Source: a virus (taxonomy: Duplodnaviria > Caudoviricetes). From it: a stretch of 64,000 nucleotides of DNA. The notes below the pieces were generated by a model. The model was not told the origin of the DNA and ran no database searches. It saw nothing but the letters and a program-made list of their open reading frames with translations. The stretch covers positions 138,519 to 202,518 of the IMG/VR virus record IMGVR_UViG_3300035182_002389; one strand, written 5' to 3'. A program made the position numbers and the translations under genes. Shown one piece after another: positions 1-7,943 of the stretch (within the stretch, counting starts at the first letter, position 1; each line of letters starts with the position of its first letter).

Positions 1-156
1 ACCAAGCGCCCCGACGGCACAACCTACGAAAAGGTCGACGAAGACGGCCTGCTCTCTTCGCCCCTCGTGCGCGCTTTGCGTCAGTTCCAGGCGGATTACA
101 ACCTGCCCGTGACCGGCCGACTCGATCTTTTGACGCTCAACGCGGTACAATGCTGA
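1..156 (+). CDS. 3' end of peptidoglycan-binding domain protein (5' truncated)
   Basis: Frame 1 reads ...DGLLSSPLVRALRQFQADYNLPVTGRLDLLTLNAVQC*, a PG_binding_1-type motif. Confidence 0.75.
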   Translation, partial: TKRPDGTTYEKVDEDGLLSSPLVRALRQFQADYNLPVTGRLDLLTLNAVQC

Positions 157-202
157 GCGCTGCGGCGACGAGCCGAAACGCACCCTGATCTGGAGCTACA
201 CC

Positions 203-1192
203 ATGGGCCCTCTTCCTATCATTCTCGGCGGCGGCGCTGTGCTCCTTGCGCTCGCGTTCGGCAAGAAGTCCTCGGTTGCGTCGCTGACCAGCAACCCTCA
301 GCCGACCCCCTACACGCCGCCGAACATCCTCCCGCCGGGGCCCACGCCGCCGAAGCCAGTCCCTCCCCAGGATTTGCCCATGGGCACTTCCGGCGGCGCG
401 AGCAAGGCCGAGATCACCTGCTTGCAGACGCAGCTCAGCATGCTCCGGTCGCCCGACGGCGCCGGATACAACACGGGCGGCATCGACGGCGTCTGGACGA
501 GCGGAACGTCCTCCGCGCTCGCGAAGTTCCAGAAAGATGCCGGCCTGCCGGTCACCGGAAGCATCGACGCGGCGACCCGATCGGCCGAAGCCTTCGCCAT
601 GTGCTTCTCGGCCAGCGCGCCGCAGCCTTCGAGCGGCCCCGACATGACCGGCGGCGCCACCGCGTACCAAATCCGCTGCCTCCAAAGCGCTCTGAACAAC
701 CGCTACAACGATCAGAACGTCAAGGAAGACGGTCTCTGGTCAAGCGCGCTCGGCACCGTCGTCTCTCGCGCGCAAACCGACGCGGGGCAGGCCGTCACCG
801 GCCGCATCACCCCCGAGCTGCTCGCGCAAGCCGGATGCTCTGCTGCCGCGCCGACCGTGTATCCGTCGACCTTCGGCGACACCATCGCGTGCGACGTCAA
901 CGGCAACATGCCTGACGCGAAGAAGACGGCGGACCTCAAGGCCGCCATCAACGCGTCGACCAGCGAAGCCGACCTCAACGAGTTCGCGAACTTCTGCCTC
1001 TCGCTCGACAAGCCCTGCACGGGTCTGCACGACTACGCGCTCGCCCGCATCGTCGGGATGCGCGAGAACAAGACCACCGAGCAAGTCCTGCAAGAGCAGC
1101 ACGACGCCGCCGTCGCTGCCGCGCAACAAGCGGGAGGCGTCGTCAAGGACGCTGCTGGCAACGTCATCGACACCTTCAAGAACATGTTCTGA
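203..1192 (+). CDS. Membrane-anchored protein with Pro-rich linker and two PG-binding domains
   Basis: N-terminal helix IILGGGAVLLALAFGKK; CLQTQL..GGIDGVW..SALAKFQKDAGLPVTGSID and CLQSAL..EDGLW..AQTDAGQAVTGRIT. Confidence 0.8.
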   Translation: MGPLPIILGGGAVLLALAFGKKSSVASLTSNPQPTPYTPPNILPPGPTPPKPVPPQDLPMGTSGGASKAEITCLQTQLSMLRSPDGAGYNTGGIDGVWTSGTSSALAKFQKDAGLPVTGSIDAATRSAEAFAMCFSASAPQPSSGPDMTGGATAYQIRCLQSALNNRYNDQNVKEDGLWSSALGTVVSRAQTDAGQAVTGRITPELLAQAGCSAAAPTVYPSTFGDTIACDVNGNMPDAKKTADLKAAINASTSEADLNEFANFCLSLDKPCTGLHDYALARIVGMRENKTTEQVLQEQHDAAVAAAQQAGGVVKDAAGNVIDTFKNMF

Positions 1193-1205
1193 TCGGGAGA
1201 GTGAA

Positions 1206-1433
1206 ATGCGAGTCTCGATCGGAAATCGTGTCGCCCTCGACGTGCAGACCGGCAAGGAGGGCGAGACCCTCCTGCTCCTGCTCACGGTTCAAACCCCGTG
1301 GGGCCCCATCTCCAACGCGACGAGCGTGAGCGCGCAGACGCTTCGCGCCATGCTTGTGTGGCTCCGCTCGAACTACGGCACGCTCGCGTACGATTTCGTT
1401 GCCGCGCGCAGCGGCCTGCTCCGTCGCCGCTGA
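1206..1433 (+). CDS. Hypothetical protein (75 aa)
   Basis: Fills gap between co-oriented genes; GGGAG upstream. Confidence 0.6.
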   Translation: MRVSIGNRVALDVQTGKEGETLLLLLTVQTPWGPISNATSVSAQTLRAMLVWLRSNYGTLAYDFVAARSGLLRRR

Positions 1434-1445
1434 ACCAACATTCCC

Positions 1446-1460
1446 GGCTTACCGCAAGCC
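1446..1460. promoter_or_regulatory. Palindromic operator copy 1, GGCTT-ACCGC-AAGCC
   Basis: Intergenic, 21 nt before ATG 1482. Confidence 0.75.
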
Positions 1461-1481
1461 TTCATCCAAGAAAGCACGATC

Positions 1482-2126
1482 ATGTCGCACACCCGTGAAG
1501 AAGTTCTGACCCGCGCGATGGACGTCAACGCGCAGATGCAGGAAGTCGGCAAACTCGCCTTCTCGCTCTGCTTCGACCTTCAAGGGGCGGTCGCTACGGG
1601 CATGGCAGCCATCGCCAACATGAGCCCGACGCTCACCGAGGTCGCCGCCGTTCAGGCCTCGTTGCTCGGCGACATGATCCCGCAAATCGCCGTCAGCGTT
1701 CGGCGATGCAAGTCGCTGAACACGGTTCAGGCCGGCGGCGACGCCGCTTTCGTCTCGAAGTTCACGTCGCTGCTCGCGCGCTGGAAGCTCTTCACCCGCC
1801 GCATCCAGGTGTTCAACCTCTTCGGCCAAGGTCCCGACAGCGCGTGGGACACCGTCGGCGTCTACGAGAACATCCTCGCGAAGTATCGCCAGGAAGTGCA
1901 GCTCCTCGCGCCGACGACCGTGGCCAACATCGTCGAGCAGGAGGCGACGCCTCCGAACGTCCTGCCCGAGCCCGTCGACGCGAGCGCGGCTCCTTCGACC
2001 CAGATCGTCGCAGGCGCCGCAGGCGCAAGTGTGCCGGTCGCCGGCACGCCGTGGGCTCTCATCGGCGGCGCGGCCATCGGCGGCGCAGCGCTCACCTATC
2101 TGCTGACGAAGCGTTCGTCCCGATAG
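1482..2126 (+). CDS. C-terminally anchored membrane protein, paralog 1 of tandem triplet
   Basis: HTREEV.., FTRRIQVFNLFGQGPDSAW motif; C-terminal WALIGGAAIGGAALTYLLTKR. Confidence 0.8.
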   Translation: MSHTREEVLTRAMDVNAQMQEVGKLAFSLCFDLQGAVATGMAAIANMSPTLTEVAAVQASLLGDMIPQIAVSVRRCKSLNTVQAGGDAAFVSKFTSLLARWKLFTRRIQVFNLFGQGPDSAWDTVGVYENILAKYRQEVQLLAPTTVANIVEQEATPPNVLPEPVDASAAPSTQIVAGAAGASVPVAGTPWALIGGAAIGGAALTYLLTKRSSR

Positions 2127-2166
2127 GCGACCGAAACCTCGACCCTTCACGCGAAAGAACAAGACC

Positions 2167-2883
2167 ATGCCTTTGCTCGACACCCACTCGCGTGAAGAGG
2201 TCCGCGCCAAAGCGGCGAACGTCGACGCCTCGATGAAGGAGTTCGAGAAGATCGTCCTCTCGCGGATGGCCTTCGACCCGAGCGCCATCGGTTCGGCGGT
2301 CAATGCCGCGCTCGCTCCCGACGCTCCCAACGCCGGCGAGTCCGCCAGCATCCTCGCTGCCAACCTCTCCGATACGGCGCCGTACATCGGCCCCTCCGTT
2401 CAACGCCGCGCCACCATCAGCGCTGCCCAGGCGACCAAGGAGACCGACTTCGCCACGAAGTTCATGGCCTTCTACGCGCGATGGAGCCTCTTCTACAAGC
2501 GCATCCAAGGGTTCGATCTCTTCGGGCCGTCCCCCGACGCCGCGTGGAAGATCGTGACCGACTACGAGACGAACCTCGGCACCTACAAGCAGGAAGCCGC
2601 GCAGATCATGGCCGCGTCGGCCGCTACGCCCGGCCCTGTGTTCGGGCCGCCCATCAACCCGACTCCGGTCGTTCCCGGCCAACCTGCACTGCCGGGGCAG
2701 CCTGCGACGCCCGCGCTCCCCGGGGCAGGGCCCGCCCTGTCCTCGGGCATCCCGTCGTGGCTCCTCATCGGCGGCGTGGCTGTCGGCGGCGTCCTGCTCG
2801 CCCACTACCTGACCAAGTCGAAGGGGCCGACCAGCGGCCAGTCCCTGCCTTCCGCGAGCTTCGCGAGCTACCGAGGCCGGTAG
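2167..2883 (+). CDS. C-terminally anchored membrane protein, paralog 2 of triplet
   Basis: HSREEV.., FYKRIQGFDLFGPSPDAAW; TM WLLIGGVAVGGVLLAHYLTK. Confidence 0.8.
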   Translation: MPLLDTHSREEVRAKAANVDASMKEFEKIVLSRMAFDPSAIGSAVNAALAPDAPNAGESASILAANLSDTAPYIGPSVQRRATISAAQATKETDFATKFMAFYARWSLFYKRIQGFDLFGPSPDAAWKIVTDYETNLGTYKQEAAQIMAASAATPGPVFGPPINPTPVVPGQPALPGQPATPALPGAGPALSSGIPSWLLIGGVAVGGVLLAHYLTKSKGPTSGQSLPSASFASYRGR

Positions 2884-2927
2884 CCCGAACTTCGCCACCG
2901 AACCTTTCGAGCCCTTCGAGGAGACCC

Positions 2928-3662
2928 ATGGCCGACTATCAGAACGCGCTCTTCAACACCCACGAACGCGGAGAGGTGAGGGCGCGAGCGTCGACCGTCG
3001 ATGCGGCGATCTCGACCTACAATCGAGACCTGCTCGCGCAGATCGCGTTCGATGCGGCCGACGTCGGAACGAACCTCTCAAAGTACCTCACGAACGATCT
3101 CGGCGCGTCCGACGGCGAAGCTTCGCTCATCGTGGAAGAGAGCGTCGCCGTCGCCGCTCCCTTCCTCGTGCACGCAGGACAGCGCGTCGCCATCGTCCCG
3201 GTCGACACCGCACAGAGCGAGAAGACCTTCTACCAGGGATGGTCGAAGTTCTACGGCAAGTGGAAGCTCTTCTTCACGCGCATCCAAAGCTTCAGCCTGC
3301 TCGGCCCGTCCCCCGACGACGCCTGGAACATGCTCATGCAGTTCGAGACCGATTTTGCCGCGTGGAAGAAGCAGGGCGAGACCCTGCTCCACGTCAAATC
3401 GACGGCCCCCGACGTTCCCGCTCTCCCGCAGCCGGATCCGGGCGCCGTCGAGAAGTTCGGCTCCTCCGTCGAGTCGGTCGCGAAGACGGTCCTGCTCTAC
3501 GGCGCGCTCGCGGGCGGCGGGTTCCTTCTCTACAAGTACCTCTCCTCGCGTGTCGAGGAGCGCAACATCGGCCTTGGCGAACGACGCGCTGGCGGCTCCA
3601 TGGGCGGCTCGATGATCGGGTCTGCCGAGCCCTACGGCTACCTTCCTTCAGGCCGGCGCTGA
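2928..3662 (+). CDS. C-terminally anchored membrane protein, paralog 3 of triplet
   Basis: GAGGAG RBS before ATG 2928; HERGEV.., FFTRIQSFSLLGPSPDDAW; TM VLLYGALAGGGFLLYKY. Confidence 0.8.
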   Translation: MADYQNALFNTHERGEVRARASTVDAAISTYNRDLLAQIAFDAADVGTNLSKYLTNDLGASDGEASLIVEESVAVAAPFLVHAGQRVAIVPVDTAQSEKTFYQGWSKFYGKWKLFFTRIQSFSLLGPSPDDAWNMLMQFETDFAAWKKQGETLLHVKSTAPDVPALPQPDPGAVEKFGSSVESVAKTVLLYGALAGGGFLLYKYLSSRVEERNIGLGERRAGGSMGGSMIGSAEPYGYLPSGRR

Positions 3663-3696
3663 GGCAAGACGAGATCGGGAACGCGCCTTCGGCGCT

Positions 3697-3732
3697 GGGA
3701 ACGGGAACGGGAACGGGAACGGGAACGGGAAC
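3697..3732 (+). repeat. (GGGAAC)6 microsatellite
   Basis: Six perfect copies ending 7 nt before ATG 3740. Confidence 0.95.
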
Positions 3733-3739
3733 GGACAAG

Positions 3740-4561
3740 ATGCTGCCAATCCTTGCCGCTGTTGGAGCTTGGGAAGGGGCCTGGTGGCTCCGTCGCCGCA
3801 ACGCGCGCACGTCGATGTACGCGGAGGCCGCTGCCAAAGCGCGCCAGCTCGGCAAACCGTTGCTCGTCATCGGCGCGCCCGACGGGGGCGTCACGGCGGG
3901 CTACGGATGCGGAGACGTCACCATCGACCTGCAAGAGTCCTCGTGCCCCGTCAGCATCAAGGCCGACATCACGAAGACGCTCCCGTTCGACGACAACTCC
4001 GCGGTCGTGTTCGTGTCCTGCGTCCTCGAATACGTGAACGACGCCGAAGCGGCCATGCGCGAGCTTCGCCGTGTCGCAGGGCCGAACCTCTACATGGTTC
4101 GTGTCGAGCCGTGGACGCTCACGGCCTACCTCTACCCAGGCGCTCAGCGCACCTTCCCACGAAACGTCACCCCCGAGTCTGAGGCCGCCGTGCTCAAGCT
4201 CCGACCTTCCGGCCACGCTCTTCTCCGCCGCCACAACGAAACACTCGCGCCCTCGCGCGAAGGCCCGACTGCCATCGTGCGCACGGGCGCCGTCGCCGAC
4301 CCTTCCGCGCCCGCCCCCGGGTTCAACTGGATGCTCGCGCTCGGCGCCCTCGGAGCCATCGGCGTCGCGCTCTACATCGTGAAGAAGAGCGGCGAGAAGG
4401 TCGAGGTCACGCACCGCCAGGCTTCGTACGAAGACCTTTGGAGCGATGCGACGCGTGCGACGCGCGACCCGCAGCGCGCCAAGAAACAGAAATCTCGCCT
4501 CGAAGCGTGGGAAGCGCGCAAGGCGATGAGCGCCATCGCGCGCCGAGAGAACGAGTGGTGA
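3740..4561 (+). CDS. Class I SAM-dependent methyltransferase-like protein with N- and C-terminal hydrophobic segments
   Basis: LLVIGAPDGG, DITKTLPFDDNSAVVFVSCVLEYVNDAEAAMRELRRV resembles Methyltransf_11 core; TM WMLALGALGAIGVALYIVKK. Confidence 0.6.
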   Translation: MLPILAAVGAWEGAWWLRRRNARTSMYAEAAAKARQLGKPLLVIGAPDGGVTAGYGCGDVTIDLQESSCPVSIKADITKTLPFDDNSAVVFVSCVLEYVNDAEAAMRELRRVAGPNLYMVRVEPWTLTAYLYPGAQRTFPRNVTPESEAAVLKLRPSGHALLRRHNETLAPSREGPTAIVRTGAVADPSAPAPGFNWMLALGALGAIGVALYIVKKSGEKVEVTHRQASYEDLWSDATRATRDPQRAKKQKSRLEAWEARKAMSAIARRENEW

Positions 4562-4776
4562 TGTACGCTCGGCCCATCCTCGCGCGACGGAAGACGTCTG
4601 CCGCTGTTGGCGCCGCCGCCGACGACGGCGACAAGCTGTCGACGAACACGATCGCGGTTCTCGCCGTCGTATGTCCTCTCGCGGGCTACCTTGCCTATCG
4701 GGCCTTCGGCGAGCCGCCTACAGAATCCGCGCGATCCACATCCACGCCCGCCCACCGATTGAGCTGGAACTCATGA
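4561..4776 (+). CDS. Small membrane protein with RPxL...VGA leader
   Basis: TGATG coupling; MYARPILARRKTSAAVGA; TM IAVLAVVCPLAGYLAYR. Confidence 0.7.
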   Translation: MYARPILARRKTSAAVGAAADDGDKLSTNTIAVLAVVCPLAGYLAYRAFGEPPTESARSTSTPAHRLSWNS

Positions 4777-5015
4777 GCTTTCTTCGACCCTGCGGACGTT
4801 CTCTGTTGAGCGCGCCTACGTGGCCCACCGCACAAGCCCAGGTCGGCGGCACCGCCGAAACCGTCGCCGCCACCGCAACAGGTCTGCTCGTCGCAGGGTT
4901 CACCATCGCCCTTGGCGCCATGGCCGTCTACGATCGGGGTTTCACCAAGGGCTGCAACGACTGCCGAAACCAAGACCGAAAGTGGGCCCTCGAAGGCAAG
5001 TCGAAGTTCATCTGA
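4773..5015 (+). CDS. Small membrane protein with ..VGG leader and CxxC tail
   Basis: ATGA overlap; TM GLLVAGFTIALGAMAVY; KGCNDC. Confidence 0.65.
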   Translation: MSFLRPCGRSLLSAPTWPTAQAQVGGTAETVAATATGLLVAGFTIALGAMAVYDRGFTKGCNDCRNQDRKWALEGKSKFI

Positions 5016-5047
5016 CAAGACACATAACGAGCTGCTACTATCTTCCC

Positions 5048-5248
5048 ATGCCCCGACCGAACATCGTCCTCGAACCCGGCCACGTTTTTCTCTACAAAGC
5101 CCTCGGCAAGACGAACGAGACCATCAAGGTCTCCGCCGAAGACGCGAAGAAGGCGAACTTCATCAAGCTCTTCGACGTGCACGGGCGAACCTTCGCCGCG
5201 TTCTCCATCAAAGGGACGCTCTACGCGCAGCCCTACCGGCACGGATAG
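5048..5248 (+). CDS. Hypothetical protein (66 aa), probably leaderless
   Basis: TG-C-TACTAT 6 nt before ATG; coding-like composition. Confidence 0.6.
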   Translation: MPRPNIVLEPGHVFLYKALGKTNETIKVSAEDAKKANFIKLFDVHGRTFAAFSIKGTLYAQPYRHG

Positions 5249-5256
5249 GAGACGTC

Positions 5257-6099
5257 GTGGCCGAAACCCTCGCCGACACGCTTCGCCAGCTCGGCGCCCG
5301 CATGCTTCGGATTCTCACCGAAGAGAAGCATCGAAACCGATCGCCGCTCGAAGTCATTCGCGAAGAGCTGGCTCGGCAGGGGATCGACCCGAGCGGGGAG
5401 AAGCAGAACGCGATCACGCTCTTGTTCGCTGCTTTCTGGGCGATGAGCGGGTTCGCCTACGTCGCGGTCGGCCACACGCTCTCGGCCTCGCTCATGGCCA
5501 CCGATCCGCCCGAGGACGTCGAAGACCTCGACGTCCCATGGCCCGCGTTCATCGTCGGCGTGCCCAACGGCCTCATCCCGGGCGATCCTGCCGAGTTCAT
5601 CGGCATCGCTCGAAGATCCGATTCCAGCGACGCCATGGTTCTGATCGGATGGCGCGCCGGCAACCGCTACTCCGCATGGTTCGGAAGCATTCGCGAACTC
5701 TCAGAGAACGCCAGGCACGCGGGCGCCGACGTCATCCTGCTCTACCGTTTGCTCATCGGCGTCATTCTGGAGCTGGACGCCCCCAAGGCCTCGGGGACCT
5801 TGCAGTCGCCACCGAAGCAGCCGAAGACTCGTCGGCAAGGGGAGCTGCCTCGCGTGTGGGTCTACCGCCTCGTGCGCGACGTCAAGGTCGACTGCCGCCC
5901 GTGGGTGCAGGCGTTCGTGCAGAGCGGAGGCAAGTCGCCGTCCGTGCAGCGCCTCACGCGAGGGCACCAACGACGCGTCGCAGTCGGACCTGGGCGCGCA
6001 GGACGGCGTTGGCAGCGCATCGAGCCCTATTGGAAGGGAAGCGTCGACGCTCCGATTGCGACGAGTCGACACGTCCTTGCGACCAAGCGGCGTCCGTGA
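5257..6099 (+). CDS. Phage-type hypothetical protein with C-terminal RGHxRxxxxGPGR...IEPYWKG motif
   Basis: GTG start after AGGAG; motif recurrent in uncharacterised phage/MGE proteins (from memory). Confidence 0.65.
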   Translation: MAETLADTLRQLGARMLRILTEEKHRNRSPLEVIREELARQGIDPSGEKQNAITLLFAAFWAMSGFAYVAVGHTLSASLMATDPPEDVEDLDVPWPAFIVGVPNGLIPGDPAEFIGIARRSDSSDAMVLIGWRAGNRYSAWFGSIRELSENARHAGADVILLYRLLIGVILELDAPKASGTLQSPPKQPKTRRQGELPRVWVYRLVRDVKVDCRPWVQAFVQSGGKSPSVQRLTRGHQRRVAVGPGRAGRRWQRIEPYWKGSVDAPIATSRHVLATKRRP

Positions 6100-6112
6100 C
6101 TTGTCGAAAGTC
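6098..6112. promoter_or_regulatory. Palindromic operator copy 2, GACTT-GTCGA-AAGTC, followed by TAGGAT -10 (6119-6124)
   Basis: Overlaps upstream stop codon; -10 is 9 nt before ATG 6134. Confidence 0.75.
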
Positions 6113-6133
6113 CAAGCGTAGGATGGTGGCACC

Positions 6134-6721
6134 ATGAGTTCCAAGCTCCCGTACATCCTCGGCGGCGCCGCGGTCCTCGGCATCGGCTACTTCCTCTACA
6201 AGAAGAGCCAGACGCCTACCGCAACCGGAGCAAAGAGCACCGCGGGAACGCCGCAGGGATCTGCTGGCACGCCGCAGGGAGCCGCCGGAACACCGCAAGG
6301 GCCTGCCGCTCCAGAGCCGACAAGACCGATTCTCGTGAGGAGCCCGGGGCCGCTCAACACGAACGCCATTCGTCTTCGCCCGGAACTCTTCGCGACGCAG
6401 CCCGAGCCGGCGCCTCAGCCGGAGCCCCAGCCCAAGCCAGAGCCGGAGCCACAGCCCAAGCCAGAGCCGGAGCCTCAGCCCCAAGAGCCGGTCGACACCG
6501 CCGATCTGGACGCGTGCTCTCAGGCCGTGGAAGACATCTCCAACAGCACCCTGCGGATGGCGGTCAAAGCCGGAATTTCTCAGGCTGCCAAACTTGGCGG
6601 TCCCAAGGGAGCTTCGGAGCTTCAGACGGCGATCTCCGCGCTTCGGATGGCCGCGTTCCTCGACGACTCCATGACCGACATCGCAGACTGCTTGCAAGCG
6701 GCGGCCGACAAGATGAAGTAA
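6134..6721 (+). CDS. N-anchored membrane protein with GTPQG and EPQP/EPEP repeats
   Basis: YILGGAAVLGIGYFLYKK; Pro/Glu/Gln stalk at ~6398-6490; helical C-terminal domain with 2 Cys. Confidence 0.8.
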   Translation: MSSKLPYILGGAAVLGIGYFLYKKSQTPTATGAKSTAGTPQGSAGTPQGAAGTPQGPAAPEPTRPILVRSPGPLNTNAIRLRPELFATQPEPAPQPEPQPKPEPEPQPKPEPEPQPQEPVDTADLDACSQAVEDISNSTLRMAVKAGISQAAKLGGPKGASELQTAISALRMAAFLDDSMTDIADCLQAAADKMK

Positions 6722-6793
6722 GACGTCCGAACGAATGTTTCAGGCTCACGTCCACGGACCATTCGGACGCTTTTTCACCCGAGGCGCAAAAGC

Positions 6794-7315
6794 ATGAGCG
6801 CAAAAGTCCAGCTTCTTCAGCTCGGCGTGCCAGAGCGACTCGTCGAGAAGACGGGGGCGCTCATCGGCAAGGGCACCGAAGGCGTCATCTACGCGCTCTC
6901 GGAGCACCGCATCCTCAAGGTCAACCTCACCGCTCCGCGCACGCAATCCATCGCCGCCGTCGCCAAACGTGCGAACAAGAGCAAGTGGTCCGCGCACATC
7001 TACGAGTACGGCCGGTGCGAACCACGAGGGTTCTGGTACACGAGCGAGCGACTCTACAAGGTGCCTGAGAGAGCGCGCGTGCTGCTCAACGTCATCGGCC
7101 TGTCCTACGTCGCGTGGAAGCGCGGGCGGATGACCAAAGCGGAGCACGACGAGCGCGTGAAGGGGGCCATCGAACGGATGCCTCCGCAGCTTCAGAGCAT
7201 CGTGAAGAGCGCTCGCAAGGCGGGGTACGTCGACGTGCACGGCGCGAACGTCATGATCACAAAAGACGGCATCTACAAGTTCATCGACCCGGAATCGATC
7301 TCACGCGTCGTCTGA
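6794..7315 (+). CDS. Minimal atypical protein-kinase-like enzyme
   Basis: Gly loop IGKGTEGVIY, ILKV lysine, catalytic loop DVHGANVM, metal-binding FIDP. Confidence 0.75.
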   Translation: MSAKVQLLQLGVPERLVEKTGALIGKGTEGVIYALSEHRILKVNLTAPRTQSIAAVAKRANKSKWSAHIYEYGRCEPRGFWYTSERLYKVPERARVLLNVIGLSYVAWKRGRMTKAEHDERVKGAIERMPPQLQSIVKSARKAGYVDVHGANVMITKDGIYKFIDPESISRVV

Positions 7316-7346
7316 CCGACCTTCAAACCGCACAATCGGTTCCTGC

Positions 7347-7418
7347 TGGGACGTAGCCAAGTTGGTAAGGCAGGGGATTTTGATTCCCCCACCGCGGGTT
7401 CAAGTCCCGCCGTCTCTA
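7347..7418 (+). tRNA. trnQ: tRNA-Gln (anticodon TTG), CCA not encoded
   Basis: D arm AGCCAAGTTGGTAAGGC, anticodon stem GGGGA/TCCCC with TTG at 7380-7382, T arm GCGGG-TTCAAGT-CCCGC, acceptor TGGGACG/CGTCTCT. Confidence 0.92.
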
Positions 7419-7431
7419 CTGCCGCCGAGGC

Positions 7432-7446
7432 GGCTTTCCACAAGCC
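7432..7446. promoter_or_regulatory. Palindromic operator copy 3, GGCTT-TCCAC-AAGCC, with embedded -35 (TTTCCA) 17 bp from TACTCT
   Basis: TACTCT at 7458-7463, 6 nt before ATG 7470. Confidence 0.8.
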
Positions 7447-7469
7447 AACGAGAAGGGTACTCTTCCACC

Positions 7470-7727
7470 ATGTCGCCCCGCCCCATCCTTTCTCGCCGCG
7501 CCATCACCGGCGCCGTCACCACCGACGTCGCGGCTGCCGCCGCCGCAGCCGCGCCGCCCGTCGCGCCCGCGCCCATCGTCACCACCGAGCCGTCCACCGG
7601 GCAGAAGATCGTCGGCACCGCAGGCGCGGCCGTCGGCCTCGCGGGCATCGGCGCCATGCTGCTCATCCCCGTCGCCGTGCTCGCGCTCATCGGCACCGGC
7701 GCCTACTACCTCTACAAGAAGGCCTGA
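7470..7727 (+). CDS. Small membrane protein with RPxL...TGA leader
   Basis: MSPRPILSRRAITGA; long TM ending GAYYLYKKA. Confidence 0.75.
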   Translation: MSPRPILSRRAITGAVTTDVAAAAAAAAPPVAPAPIVTTEPSTGQKIVGTAGAAVGLAGIGAMLLIPVAVLALIGTGAYYLYKKA

Positions 7728-7730
7728 ACC

Positions 7731-7931
7731 GTGATCGGGCGAGCGCTGCTTTCAAGGCGCGCTACGGTCGGCGCTGAATCTGCCACGCCCGCCACGCCGC
7801 AGGCTGCGAGCAGCGCGGTCTTGTGGACGTCGGCCATTACGCCCATCGCCGTTCTCGCGATCGCGGGCGGCATCGCCTACTACATCGTCAAGAGCGAGCC
7901 GGATCGTCGCGCGGGACACACGCTCTTCTAG
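7731..7931 (+). CDS. Small membrane protein with RALL...VGA leader
   Basis: MIGRALLSRRATVGA; TM ending GGIAYYIVK. Confidence 0.7.
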   Translation: MIGRALLSRRATVGAESATPATPQAASSAVLWTSAITPIAVLAIAGGIAYYIVKSEPDRRAGHTLF

Positions 7932-7943
7932 TCGAGGCCCGTC

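Noticed and set aside
1446-1460. 15-bp palindrome as a LexA/SOS box or as terminator hairpins
   Set aside because: Does not match LexA boxes I know; 5-bp arms without U tracts sit before starts rather than after stops
7347-7418. tRNA as an integration (att) site
   Set aside because: No integrase, no duplicated tRNA 3' end, and the same gene style continues on both sides
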